Part shown: positions 24,278-34,639 of the stretch, one piece after another
Numbering within the stretch: the first letter of the stretch is position 1
How the letters are laid out: each line of letters opens with the position of its first letter
NCBI GenBank assembly: GCA_964016885.1
Contig: OZ024740.1
Coordinates: 366,172,001-366,236,000 of the forward strand
Direction of reading: 5' to 3'
Source of the DNA: Eledone cirrhosa
Lineage: Eukaryota
Length of the DNA stretch: 64,000 bases
Position numbers and translations under genes: made by a program
Notes under the pieces: generated by a model
What the model was told of the DNA's origin: nothing
Databases searched by the model: none
Seen by the model: the letters and a program-made list of their open reading frames with translations, nothing else

Positions 24278-26891
24278 CCTTGAATCTCAGTCATTGATGT
24301 TGGTTAACTGGAAAGTCCGTTGGATTGAATATCAAGCCACTACCTGCAGCCTCAGATATTCAGGACGTATCGGAGGGTTCTTGCCGTTCCAAGCAAGCAT
24401 GCCTTTTGAAGCGTTCCAAAAAGCGTGAAGGGGCCGATTTTCTTTAACCATCCCTGGAAACCTTTGGAGATAGTCCCCAGTGCGCCTATGACAATCGGGA
24501 TCACTTTGACTTCATGGCAGTTCCAAATCCTTTTCACCTCCCACTTTAGGTCCTGGTATCGGTTAATTTTCTCCCTCTCCTTCTCTTGTACTCTCGTGTC
24601 GAACGGGCAGGCCACATCCACAATCAGGCACGATCTTTTTTCTTTGTCCACAACCACCAGGTCAGGTCTATTGTGTTCCAGTTTTTTGTCCGTCTGTATC
24701 CTAAAATCCCACAGCACCTTCACCTGACTGTTCTCCATCACCGCCTCTGGCCTATGCTCATACCATTTCTCAGAATGTGGTAGATTGTTTACTTTGCACA
24801 GGTGCCAGTGGATCACCCTGCCCATCACATCGTGTCTCCAGCCCTTATAGTGGGTCTGGGCTAGGTGTTTACACTCGGACACAATGTGAGCCACAGTCTC
24901 CTCTCTCTCTCCACAGATCCTGCACAGTGGGCTAGCCTCCTCCTTGTAGATATGGTGCTTCAACCACTTCGTTTTGAGGGCCTGCTCCTGCGCAGCCATT
25001 AGCATTCCTTCTGTAGCCTTTTTGAGGTCTCCTCTTCTCAACCAGTTCCATGTCTGTGGATCTCTAAATTCAGTTTTCTCAAAGAAGGTACTATGAAGGG
25101 ATTTTCCCTTAAGGCTGCTCTTCCTCCTTGATGTTATTTCCTCCTTGGGTATCCCCTGGCCTACTGTCCCCTCCTTCAGTACAGCTCTGAGCATTGGCTC
25201 CTTACTATAGGTCACGTATTTGTATAGGTTGTTTTTCTCCATCTGAACACAGTCCTCTATGCTGATAAGACCTCTTCCACCCTCAGATCTCCTTAGGTAG
25301 AGTCTATCGACATCACTCCTCTTGTGGAACATGTTGTAGATAGTCAATAGCTTCCTAGTCTTCCTATCCATTTCTTTTTGTTCAGCAACATTCCATCTCA
25401 GAATTCCCGCACTGTACCTAATAATAGACACAGCTCGGGAATTTACTGCGCTTATGGCATTTCTGCTGTTCAGATGTGACTTCAATACGCTCCTTACTCT
25501 CCGAATGTATTCAGTTCTTAACAATTCCTTCATTTTTTTGTTCTTTATGCCATCAGCCTCCAGAACGCCCAAATACTTGTATCCTTCCTTAGAGTCAATT
25601 TCCTTTATCATCTCACCTGTTGGTATCTGGATCCCGTTACTTCTGCTCAATCTACCCCTCCTCATCACAATGACTCCACATTTACCAATACCAAACTGCA
25701 TACATATATCACTGCTGAAAATACGGACAGTGTCAACAAGCACATCCAACTCCTTCTCACTTTTCCCGAAGAGCTTAAGATCGTCCATGAAGAGGAGGTG
25801 ATTGATGGTAAGCTCTCCCCTTCCCAACTTGTATCCTGCTCTCACTTTTCGCAGCATAATGGTCAAGGGCATCAGGGCAAGGACAAACAACAGAGGGGAC
25901 AGGCTATCTCCCTGGAAGATACCTCTCTTGATCTTCACGCTTCCCAAGGATACTCCAGTTGATGTCAACTCTGTCTCCCAGGACCCCATACTCCTGCCCA
26001 GCAACTGTCTGATGTTATCTGCCACCCTGAAGATCTCCAGGCTTTTGGTGATCCAGGAATGAGGCACCATGTCAAATGCCTTTCTGTAGTCTATCCATCC
26101 CATGGCAAGATCAGTGTGTCTCCTCCTGCAATTCCCCATTACCATCTTATCAATAAGCAACTGGTCCTTTGTACCACGTGACTTCTTTCGGCATCCTTTC
26201 TGTTCGTCCGGCAACAAGTTGTTTGTGTGGAGGTGATGGTAGATTTCCTCAGACACAATGCTCGTCAACAGTTTCCACATTACGGGCAGACATGTGATAG
26301 GTCTATAGTTGGTAACATCATTACCCTTGATTCGGTCTTTCATTATCAGAACTGTGGTACCTTTTGTCAACCACTCTGGCACCTCACCCGACACCAAGCA
26401 GTCATTGAACATGGCCGTCAGCTTCGGGTGGAGGGATGTTAAATGTTTAATCCAATACCCCTGCACACCATCTGGGCCTGGTGATTTCCAGTTGGTTAGT
26501 TTTTTGGCTTGCCCCTTAAGAGTTTCAACTGTGATACTCAAATCAGTCTGTTGCTGTGCCTGCTCACCGATCTCCCTCTGTACTGTCTCAATCCACCCTG
26601 CCTGGGCATTGTGTCTAACATCCTGCTCCCATATTCCTCTCCAGAATGTTTTAGCTTGTTCCGCCCCAGGGATCAAGTCGTTGCCTCTTTCTTTCCCCTC
26701 AAGCTGTCCAAACAGCATCTTCTGGTTGTTGTCGAACATGCGGTTCTGTTTATACTGACTGACTCTGTTCTCGTATCGCCTGATTTTGGCACTCTTTGCT
26801 ACAATGCGTTGCTTCAATTCCTCTATGATAATATTTAGCTTTTTACTCCTAGTTTTGTATTTTATTTCCAGTCTATTTTTAGTGCCTATGT
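24278..26891 (-). mobile_element. Dong/R4-clade non-LTR retrotransposon family A, 5'-truncated
   Basis: RT + CCHC + restriction-like endonuclease; (TAA)n at both ends. Confidence 0.95.
24352..26817 (-). CDS. Dong/R4 family A RT-zinc knuckle-RLE protein (N-terminally truncated, frame open)
   Basis: NYRPITCL, DYRKAFD, QGDSLSP, FMDD, CRICGEREETVAHIVSEC, RHD, RPDLVVVD, KINRYQDL. Confidence 0.93.
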   Translation of the reverse strand: MKQRIVAKSAKIRRYENRVSQYKQNRMFDNNQKMLFGQLEGKERGNDLIPGAEQAKTFWRGIWEQDVRHNAQAGWIETVQREIGEQAQQQTDLSITVETLKGQAKKLTNWKSPGPDGVQGYWIKHLTSLHPKLTAMFNDCLVSGEVPEWLTKGTTVLIMKDRIKGNDVTNYRPITCLPVMWKLLTSIVSEEIYHHLHTNNLLPDEQKGCRKKSRGTKDQLLIDKMVMGNCRRRHTDLAMGWIDYRKAFDMVPHSWITKSLEIFRVADNIRQLLGRSMGSWETELTSTGVSLGSVKIKRGIFQGDSLSPLLFVLALMPLTIMLRKVRAGYKLGRGELTINHLLFMDDLKLFGKSEKELDVLVDTVRIFSSDICMQFGIGKCGVIVMRRGRLSRSNGIQIPTGEMIKEIDSKEGYKYLGVLEADGIKNKKMKELLRTEYIRRVRSVLKSHLNSRNAISAVNSRAVSIIRYSAGILRWNVAEQKEMDRKTRKLLTIYNMFHKRSDVDRLYLRRSEGGRGLISIEDCVQMEKNNLYKYVTYSKEPMLRAVLKEGTVGQGIPKEEITSRRKSSLKGKSLHSTFFEKTEFRDPQTWNWLRRGDLKKATEGMLMAAQEQALKTKWLKHHIYKEEASPLCRICGEREETVAHIVSECKHLAQTHYKGWRHDVMGRVIHWHLCKVNNLPHSEKWYEHRPEAVMENSQVKVLWDFRIQTDKKLEHNRPDLVVVDKEKRSCLIVDVACPFDTRVQEKEREKINRYQDLKWEVKRIWNCHEVKVIPIVIGALGTISKGFQGWLKKIGPFTLFGTLQKACLLGTARTLRYVLNI

Positions 26892-26918
26892 TTTATTATT
26901 ATTATTATTAGTGCCTAT

Positions 26919-26971
<53 letters not shown>

Positions 26972-27184
26972 GAATGCCATGGTTGACGGAGGCTCGGCTC
27001 TGTAAGGTATAGTAATTTTTAACCGTTAAAACAATTGTAAATTGTTTAAAACTTGAACCAAATTGTTGATAAAGACACCCTCCTCCTCGTGAGAGGGGTC
27101 TTTCTGTCCATTATTTGGCCCTTCGGGGTTAAATAACCAGTTATTGGGGTTTTGTACCCAAAATTTCATTTTAAACAAAAAAAC

Positions 27185-29281
27185 ATGGCTACCAAAAAGA
27201 AATTTCATACGTCACTCCCACTCATTCCGTCTTCTTCTTCCTCAATCATCACTACAGCAGAGAGAAGATTGTCTCTCTCCCTCCCTTCTTTAAATGTGTC
27301 TCTCTCCCTCCCTTCTCTTTCGCAAGCGACGAAAGAAAAGAAAAGTCTCGTGCAAAGCGTGCAAGGTTTCTCCACGACGACGACGACAGCGACGAAACAG
27401 GTGTGCGGGAAACACGAAAACCCAGTTCATTCGTCTGACGTCAGGAATAATAGCAGTAGCAGCCGTAATAACAACAGCAACAGTGACAATGAAAACAACA
27501 GTAGCAGCCGCAACAGCATCACCAGCAGCATAAACAACAACAGCATTAGCAGCAGCAACACCAACAACAACCACAGCAACAGCGGCGGAGGCAGTAGTCG
27601 TAGTACCTGCAGCAACAACAAAAGTACCAGCAGCTCTGACGACAACAACAACAGCAGAGAAAAACCAATCTCATTTGCAGGTATTGCGAAAAATTTGGAA
27701 ACAATCCTCATAACAAATGAGGAATTAGAGGAAGCGAAGAAGATGGTGACAAAGAACGGACACCGAGCAATCTGCAAGGCAGCGAAAAGTTTTTTCGAAA
27801 CCCAAGAGCACTGTACGGTCACGTACCGTACAGTAAGTACAAAATCCCGTAGGGTGGAAAGAGCCACAGAGGCCCAAATACAAAAAGCCTTGGGGTCTGT
27901 GTGGCAGAGGAAAACGCACATCACCCGAGGCAAAAAATACGCCACCGTAGACGTACTTTTTGCCACACCCCAGGAGGCAAAGGCCCAATCAGTAGTGACC
28001 CTAAGGAGCGAGGAAATGGTGTTGGTGCCCTCCTACTGCGGGCAAAAAATTGTGAGGGTCAAACTGACCCACGTCCCCCCCGGAATGACCCCTTCTTGGC
28101 TGGCCGCGTCTGTCCTCGTCGGAATCGAGGACAAAACAACTGTACTGCAAGTACAGAAAAAAGTAAGAGAAGATTGGGTCGGCTCCTCCATTGAGATGCT
28201 AATCCAAACCAACCAGGAGTGCATCGAAGCTATCCCGGATGTGATAGACTTCGATAACGGCACTCAACTGCCCATAAGTGTTGAGGGCAAACGCCCGAAA
28301 TGCTTTCGCTGTGGATCGAAGACTCACCTCAGGGCCTTCTGCAACGAGAAGACCCTGAGAAAGGATAAAACCCCCCTCCTTCCGAATCCGGCTCCACGGC
28401 TACCAGCAACAGGACAAGCGGCAACCAGGAACGATAGGTCCGTGGCACCCATACCCACTCCACGGAAATCAAAGACAGCAGCAGCAGTGGAAATATTAAC
28501 AACAACAACAGCAATACCAAATGCAGCTGCAACAGAGACTCCAGTGCAAACATCACCAACAACAACAAGTGAAAGAGTGGAGCTGGTACCCCTCCCCGAC
28601 CTTACAGAATCAGACATGGAGTGTGAGGTGGGAGAGGGATGGCAAAAGGTCGCAAGAAGGCACAAACGCAGAAGCAGCGCATCGTCGCCTTTGAAAAGGG
28701 AGGAAAGAAATGAGAAAAGGGTAAAGTCTACTGCAAAGAGACCCACAGCAGCAACACCACCAACACCATCACCACCCACACCAGCACCACCATCACCACC
28801 GGCGACAACCCCACCGCCAACAACACCTTCAACACCACCACCACAAGCACCAACATCGCAAACACAACAACAAAACACACACACCCAGCAACAACGACAA
28901 GAAAATAGCAGAACCACACCCCACCCCCAGAAAAACAAATGCACGGCAATAAACACACACAACAAGAAACTAATGACTTACATAATTGAACACACAGACA
29001 TTTCACAACAGGACTACATAATACCAGCACCAATCAAAACGCCAACTAACATAAGACTGCTAAAAATAGCACAGAAACAATACACAAACATTAAAACGAA
29101 ATTCCCCAACGCAGTTGGTGATTTCAGGGACCTAGGAGGAACCATCAATCGAAGAGTATATTCAGACATTCTCTTAGAAGAGCCGACGACCAGCCGAAGG
29201 GACGATTCAACGGTCCCTTCACCAGACGATCAAGTGAAAAGGGATGTAAAAACCATCCCTCCTCTACCAAAAGTACGGTAA
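27185..29281 (+). CDS. Tx1 ORF1 (gag-like nucleic-acid chaperone)
   Basis: ATG at 27185; CX2CX4HX4C knuckle CFRCGSKTHLRAFC; Ser/Asn-rich and Pro/Thr-rich tracts. Confidence 0.9.
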   Translation: MATKKKFHTSLPLIPSSSSSIITTAERRLSLSLPSLNVSLSLPSLSQATKEKKSLVQSVQGFSTTTTTATKQVCGKHENPVHSSDVRNNSSSSRNNNSNSDNENNSSSRNSITSSINNNSISSSNTNNNHSNSGGGSSRSTCSNNKSTSSSDDNNNSREKPISFAGIAKNLETILITNEELEEAKKMVTKNGHRAICKAAKSFFETQEHCTVTYRTVSTKSRRVERATEAQIQKALGSVWQRKTHITRGKKYATVDVLFATPQEAKAQSVVTLRSEEMVLVPSYCGQKIVRVKLTHVPPGMTPSWLAASVLVGIEDKTTVLQVQKKVREDWVGSSIEMLIQTNQECIEAIPDVIDFDNGTQLPISVEGKRPKCFRCGSKTHLRAFCNEKTLRKDKTPLLPNPAPRLPATGQAATRNDRSVAPIPTPRKSKTAAAVEILTTTTAIPNAAATETPVQTSPTTTSERVELVPLPDLTESDMECEVGEGWQKVARRHKRRSSASSPLKREERNEKRVKSTAKRPTAATPPTPSPPTPAPPSPPATTPPPTTPSTPPPQAPTSQTQQQNTHTQQQRQENSRTTPHPQKNKCTAINTHNKKLMTYIIEHTDISQQDYIIPAPIKTPTNIRLLKIAQKQYTNIKTKFPNAVGDFRDLGGTINRRVYSDILLEEPTTSRRDDSTVPSPDDQVKRDVKTIPPLPKVR

Positions 29282-29316
29282 GTGGTCTTTCCCATCTTTT
29301 CCACTCTATTTTAAAC

Positions 29317-32300
29317 ATGACCTCACTCAGAATAGGCAGCATAAATGCGCGTGGCTTGGGGTCGTCATGGAAGCAGGGTCACCTGCTCAACGACCTCAGG
29401 TCACTAAACATAGATGTAGTGGCCATCAGCGAGACCAGAATCTCCGAAGCACGGGCCTTCGCACCGATCTTCGGCGGCTACGATGTGTACGCATCTCCCA
29501 GCCGTCCTGGATCGGGTGGAGGAGTTGCTGTGCTTTTTCGGAGAGGTTTGGATCTCGCCATACGGGCCATCTTCCTGGACCCAGAGGGTAAGCTGGTGGT
29601 GCTGGACGTGACCAGCGGAGACGGGCAAGCTTTCAGGCTAGTGGCCGTCTATGCCCCGACAGGAGCAGGGCGGCCTGATTTCTTCCGGCGTCTGGAGACC
29701 TTTCTTGGAACGTCCCGCTCTTTAGTGTTAGTGGGCGACTGGAACGGGATCTTAGATGCACGCTGGGACTGTGTGGGATTAGCGGATAGGGGTGGAGGGT
29801 GCAAGAGCCTCACCAACCTGCTCAGGCGTTTTGAACTGTCTGACAGGTACCGATTGGATTTCCCGAATGTGCCAATGTGGACTTGGACAAACCGCATAGG
29901 GTCATCCAGATCATATCTAGATAGAGTATTTTGTAGGGAAATAGATAGGTCTAGCATAGGCTGTCCACAATTCAAGATAGTCAGCTACACGGACCACAAA
30001 TTTGTGATCTGTGTGCTTGACTTAGATAGGCTTCATAGACGAGGACCCGGCTACTGGAAGCTAAACGCGTCCTTACCAGCGCGCAAGGCCTACAGAGACC
30101 GGATTAGCGAACTAGTTAAGCGGGCGTTGACGGGGGCCATCGTCAACAACAAGTGGTGGTTTGCTCTGAAAAGAGCGATTAGAATAGAATCGATTAGGTT
30201 TAGTAAGGCTTTAGCAATAGAGAAAAATAGAGCAGAGGGAGAACTAGTTAGAAAATTAGACGAGGCGCTTAGCAAAGGCATTGCGACCGACGTGCTTGCG
30301 GCGAAATTGGCCCTTGACCAATTCTTCAATGCAAAGCACGAAGGCTGCGTTGTCAGAGCTAGGGTGCGTGCTCTCAGACACGAGGGGACGAAAGCCGTTC
30401 AATGGGCCCGAGTGGCGGAGGCGCGTCGTGGCAACAAAGCCACGATCCGGTCTTTGGTGGACCACGACGGGCGCATGCTACTCGATCCCGGGCAAATGTG
30501 TGAAGCTTTTCAGCAACACTTCGCTCAGCTGTTCGGGGGCAGCGGGGGGCCGGGTAGAGGGATGGACTTTAGTGTCTACCTCGACGGACTGCCGCGGCTC
30601 TCGGCCACTGAGGCGAAGTGTTGCGAAAAGCCGATAACAGCCGCTGAAGTAAGGGAGGCGATGACTGGCTGCACAAGGGGCAAATCGCCTGGTTTGGATG
30701 GTCTGCCCTATGAACTTTACGTACAGATGCCAGACTTGTTCGGAGGCCTCTTGGCGGACGTCTACTGCAACTGGCAACAGAACGGGAGAATTCCCAGTTC
30801 TGTGAGCCGAGGAGCGGTGGCACTGCTGAGAAAGGATCCGAACAAGGGGGATAACATAGACAATTTCCGGCCCATAACTCTGCTAAACACAGAGTTTAAG
30901 ATTTTGGCCAAGGTGCTAGCAAAGAGGTTGGCGCTTGTCGTTGGTGGTCTGGTGGGAGAGGCGCAGACATGCGCCATTCCCGACAGATCCATCCACGACA
31001 ACCTCCACCTCATGCGATACATCGTAGAGAGGGTAGCTAGGGAACCTGGCACGGGTGGGTCCTTGATCAATTTAGATCAGTCGAAAGCTTTCGATAGGGT
31101 CGACCATCGTTACCTAGCGGCAGTCCTGAGGGCGGCTGGCTTTGGGCCCGTCTTCAGAGGCTGGATCGCTGCCATGCACAGCGACATCTGCTCTGTGGTG
31201 AGAGTGAACGGTCACCTGTCGGAACCGTTCAACATCATGCGCTCGGTCCGCCAAGGATGTCCCCTCTCGTCCCTCTTGTACGTATTGACTCTCGAGCCAT
31301 TACTGCACAAACTGGAGACGTTGAGGGGAGTCCCGCGCGAACTAGGATGCGGAAGATCCGTGTCAGCATATGCGGACGATGTCACCGTAGTGGTGTCGAA
31401 CGCCAAACACATCGAGGCGATCGGCACTACACTAAGAGAATACGAAGCGGTGACAGGAGCAATGATCAACCAGGAAAAGTCAGTGGGCCTGCAGCTCGGC
31501 ACCTGGAGAGGCAGGTCCATGCCGTCCAACAGCGTCGTCGGGCGCTGGACGGACGGACCGGTTAAATTGCTAGGGGTCTGGTTCGGTCCGGACCTCCAGA
31601 CGGACAAAAACTGGGACGAGGTGACGAGCAGGGTGGCTTCTCTCACCCAGAAATGGGCGGAGAGGAAGCTATCCCTGAAAGGTCGAGCGGAGGTGGCTAA
31701 CGCGTACATCGCGTCTGTCATCTGCTACCGCCTAACCGTCGTACCTTGTCCTAAGCCTCGCCTGACTGCGCTGGAGCGTTTGCTCTTTCGCTTTTTGTGG
31801 AAGGGACGTGCTCCGATGGTCAGGCGGTCCATCTGTTGTCAACACCCGCTACGTGGAGGGCTGGGCATGCCGTGGCTGATGATGCGCAGGCACGCGCTCA
31901 GGCTACGACATCTCCACCTCTTCCTCGACGGTGATCAGGTGTGGTCGCCGTTTGCTAGACGCGTTTTTCCCCAGCTCGTTTCCTTGACGGAGCTGCAGTC
32001 CTGGGTCAAGCGAAGACCGAGAGGGAGCGCCTGGAGACTGGAATGTCTTCAGGCGCTCACAGCCCTCGACCAATCGGGCAATGTGATCGGTGGAAACTCC
32101 ACCTCGGCGTTCTATAGAGGATTAGTGGAGGGGAAGAGCGACGACGTACTTGGGGAAACTCTAGGCGTCGACGAAAATCAACTAGCCAATCTCTTCGGAA
32201 GAACTTTCGGGCCAGGGCCTATGGACAACTTCCAGAAATCTCTGGCCTGGCAGTGCTACCGAGGAGCCTTGCCAGTTCGGGATAAACTCTACAGGCATGG

Positions 32301-32736
32301 AGGTGCCGTCAGCCGGGCATGTCCGAGATGCGCGCAGGGCGACGAAACCGTCCTGCACGCACTCGTCCAGTGTCCGAAAATTGCTGACTTGTGGGTTTAT
32401 GTCGAACACCTGCTGTCGCGTTTAGGACGGATCCAGCTATCATCTGAGTCTATCGTGAGGATTGCCCCGCCCTCCTCCTTTAGCCGGGAAGGGCAGGCAG
32501 TTTTTATCTGTCTGGTGGCCATGGCGAAAGAGATAGTATGGTGGACACGTTTGAAAGGGCTGAAGACGAGCACTTACCTCTTCGGTGATGCTCTGATTGA
32601 CTTTTTCAAATTTCATTTGAAAAGGAAAATCAGAGTAGAGAAGGAAGTGCTCTCTTCCCAGCATTTTGTTGAAAGATGGGTGAGAGAAGCAAGAATGGCC
32701 CGAGTGAATGGGCCGACTCTGAGTATATATCTGTAA
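29317..32736 (+). CDS. Tx1 ORF2: APE endonuclease + reverse transcriptase + C-terminal Zn finger, 1139 aa
   Basis: SINARGL, SET, GDWN, LDR, TDH; NFRPITLLN, LDQSKAFD, QGCPLS, YADD; CPRC..ETVLHALVQC. Confidence 0.97.
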   Translation: MTSLRIGSINARGLGSSWKQGHLLNDLRSLNIDVVAISETRISEARAFAPIFGGYDVYASPSRPGSGGGVAVLFRRGLDLAIRAIFLDPEGKLVVLDVTSGDGQAFRLVAVYAPTGAGRPDFFRRLETFLGTSRSLVLVGDWNGILDARWDCVGLADRGGGCKSLTNLLRRFELSDRYRLDFPNVPMWTWTNRIGSSRSYLDRVFCREIDRSSIGCPQFKIVSYTDHKFVICVLDLDRLHRRGPGYWKLNASLPARKAYRDRISELVKRALTGAIVNNKWWFALKRAIRIESIRFSKALAIEKNRAEGELVRKLDEALSKGIATDVLAAKLALDQFFNAKHEGCVVRARVRALRHEGTKAVQWARVAEARRGNKATIRSLVDHDGRMLLDPGQMCEAFQQHFAQLFGGSGGPGRGMDFSVYLDGLPRLSATEAKCCEKPITAAEVREAMTGCTRGKSPGLDGLPYELYVQMPDLFGGLLADVYCNWQQNGRIPSSVSRGAVALLRKDPNKGDNIDNFRPITLLNTEFKILAKVLAKRLALVVGGLVGEAQTCAIPDRSIHDNLHLMRYIVERVAREPGTGGSLINLDQSKAFDRVDHRYLAAVLRAAGFGPVFRGWIAAMHSDICSVVRVNGHLSEPFNIMRSVRQGCPLSSLLYVLTLEPLLHKLETLRGVPRELGCGRSVSAYADDVTVVVSNAKHIEAIGTTLREYEAVTGAMINQEKSVGLQLGTWRGRSMPSNSVVGRWTDGPVKLLGVWFGPDLQTDKNWDEVTSRVASLTQKWAERKLSLKGRAEVANAYIASVICYRLTVVPCPKPRLTALERLLFRFLWKGRAPMVRRSICCQHPLRGGLGMPWLMMRRHALRLRHLHLFLDGDQVWSPFARRVFPQLVSLTELQSWVKRRPRGSAWRLECLQALTALDQSGNVIGGNSTSAFYRGLVEGKSDDVLGETLGVDENQLANLFGRTFGPGPMDNFQKSLAWQCYRGALPVRDKLYRHGGAVSRACPRCAQGDETVLHALVQCPKIADLWVYVEHLLSRLGRIQLSSESIVRIAPPSSFSREGQAVFICLVAMAKEIVWWTRLKGLKTSTYLFGDALIDFFKFHLKRKIRVEKEVLSSQHFVERWVREARMARVNGPTLSIYL

Positions 32737-32996
32737 ACTAAAGGTGGAAAACTGGGAGAGGGCACTTGCCTTGGTGGTCAGGGTCATTGTGGCTTTTTAC
32801 TGGGCTTTCTCCACAAATGTCCCTCCGAAGTCTCCCCCCTATTGGGGAATTTTTCATTGTTATTTTCATTGTTATTTTTGTTACATCCTCTGTTTTTGTT
32901 TTTTTACACGCAGAAATGCCCATTTGTACCGTCCTGCATTGTCCTGCACTGTCCTTAATGTCTACTTTATGTAAACCCTTGTGGTTAATAAAGAAA

Positions 32997-33052
<56 letters not shown>

Positions 33053-33065
33053 GTTGTTATTACTC

Positions 33066-33246
33066 TTTGAGTCTCAGTCATTGATGTTAGTTAACTGGAA
33101 AGTTTGTTGAAATGAATATCAAGCCACTACCTGCAGCCTCAGATATTCAGGACGTATCGGAGGGTTCTTGCTGTTCCCAGCAAGCATGCCTTTTGAAGCG
33201 TTCCAAAAAGCGTGAAGGGGCCAATTTTCTTTAACCATCCCTGGAA
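33066..33246 (-). mobile_element. Dong/R4 family A, short 3' fragment
   Basis: 3' UTR plus last codons; (ATT)n on both sides. Confidence 0.9.
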
Positions 33247-33275
33247 TATTATTATTATTATTATTATTATTACTA

Positions 33276-34614
33276 TTTGAGTCTCAGTCATTGATGTTAG
33301 TTAACTGGAAAGTTTGTTGAAATGAATATCAAGCCACTACCTGCAGCCTCAGATATTCAGGACGTATCGGAGGGTTCTTGCTGTTCCCAGCAAGCATGCC
33401 TTTTGAAGCGTTCCAAACAGCGTGAAGGGGCCAATTTTCTTTAACCATCCCTAGAAACCTTTTGAGATAGTCCCTAGTGCGCCTATGACAATCGGGATCA
33501 CTTTGACTTCATGGCAGTTCCAAATTCTTTTTACCTCCCACTTTAAGTCCTGGTAACGGTTAATTTTCTTCCTCTCCTTCTCTTGCACTCTCGTGTCGAA
33601 TGGGCAGGCCACATCCACAATCAGGCACGATCTTTTTTCTTTGTCCACAACCACGAGGTCAGGTCTATTGTGTTCCAGTTTCTTGTCCGTCTGTATCCTA
33701 AAATCCCACAGCACCTTCACCTGATCGTTTTCTATCACCGACTCTGGCTTATGCTCATACCACTTCTCAGAATGTGGTAAATTGTTTACTTTGCATAGGT
33801 GCCAGTGGATCACCCTGCCCATCACATCATGTCTCCAGCCCTTACAGTGAGTCTGGGCTAGGTGTTTACACTCGGATACAATGTGAGCCACAGTCTCCTC
33901 TCTCTCTCCACAGATCCTGCACAGTGGGCTAGCCTCCTCCTTGTAAATATGGTGTTTCAACCACTTCGTTTTGAGGGCCTGCTCCTGCGCAGCCATTAAC
34001 ATTCCTTCTGTAGCCTTTTTAAGGTCTCCTCTTTTTAACCAGTTCCATGTCTGTGGATCTCTAAATTCAGTTTTCTCAAAGAAGGTACTATGAAGGGATT
34101 TTTCCTGAAGGCTGCTCTTTCTCCTTGATGTTATTTCCTCGTTGGACATCCCTGGCCTATTGTCTCCTCCTTCAGTACAGTTCTGAGCATTGGCTCCTTA
34201 CTATCAGTCACGTATTTGTGTAGGTTGTTTTTCTCCATCTGAACACAGTCCTCTATGCTGATAAGACCTCTTCCACCTTCAGATCTCCTTAAGTAAAGTC
34301 TATCGACATCACTCCTCTTGTGGAACATGTTGTAGATAGTCAATAGCTTCCTAGTCTTCCTATCCATTTCTTTTTGTTCAGCAACATTCCATCTCAGAAT
34401 TCCCGCACTGTACCTAATAATAGACACAGCTCGGGAATTTACTGCACTTATGGCATTCCTACTGTTCAGATGTGACTTTAATACGCTCCTTACTCTCCGA
34501 ATGTATTCAGTTCTTATCAATTCCTTCATTTTTTTGTTCTTGATGTCATCAGCCTCCAGAACACCCAAATACTTGTATCCCTCTTCAGAGTCAATTTCCT
34601 TTATCATCTCACCT
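33276..34614 (-). mobile_element. Dong/R4 family A, 1.3-kb 3' fragment (frameshift, stop)
   Basis: ORF pieces 33451-34149 and 34131-34607 closely match 24352-26817. Confidence 0.93.
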
Positions 34615-34639
34615 TATTATTATTATTATTATTACAGTT

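Larger units (their letters stand above)
26972..32998 (+). mobile_element. Full-length, apparently intact Tx1-type LINE (~6.0 kb)
   Basis: 5' end gaatgccatgg identical to the copy at 45801; two uninterrupted ORFs; aataaa then (ATT)n; (ATT)n upstream. Confidence 0.97.

Noticed and set aside
27290-32409. Antisense and alternate-frame ORFs repeated in each Tx1 copy
   Set aside because: Shadows of GC-rich ORF1/ORF2, conserved only because the copies are recent.
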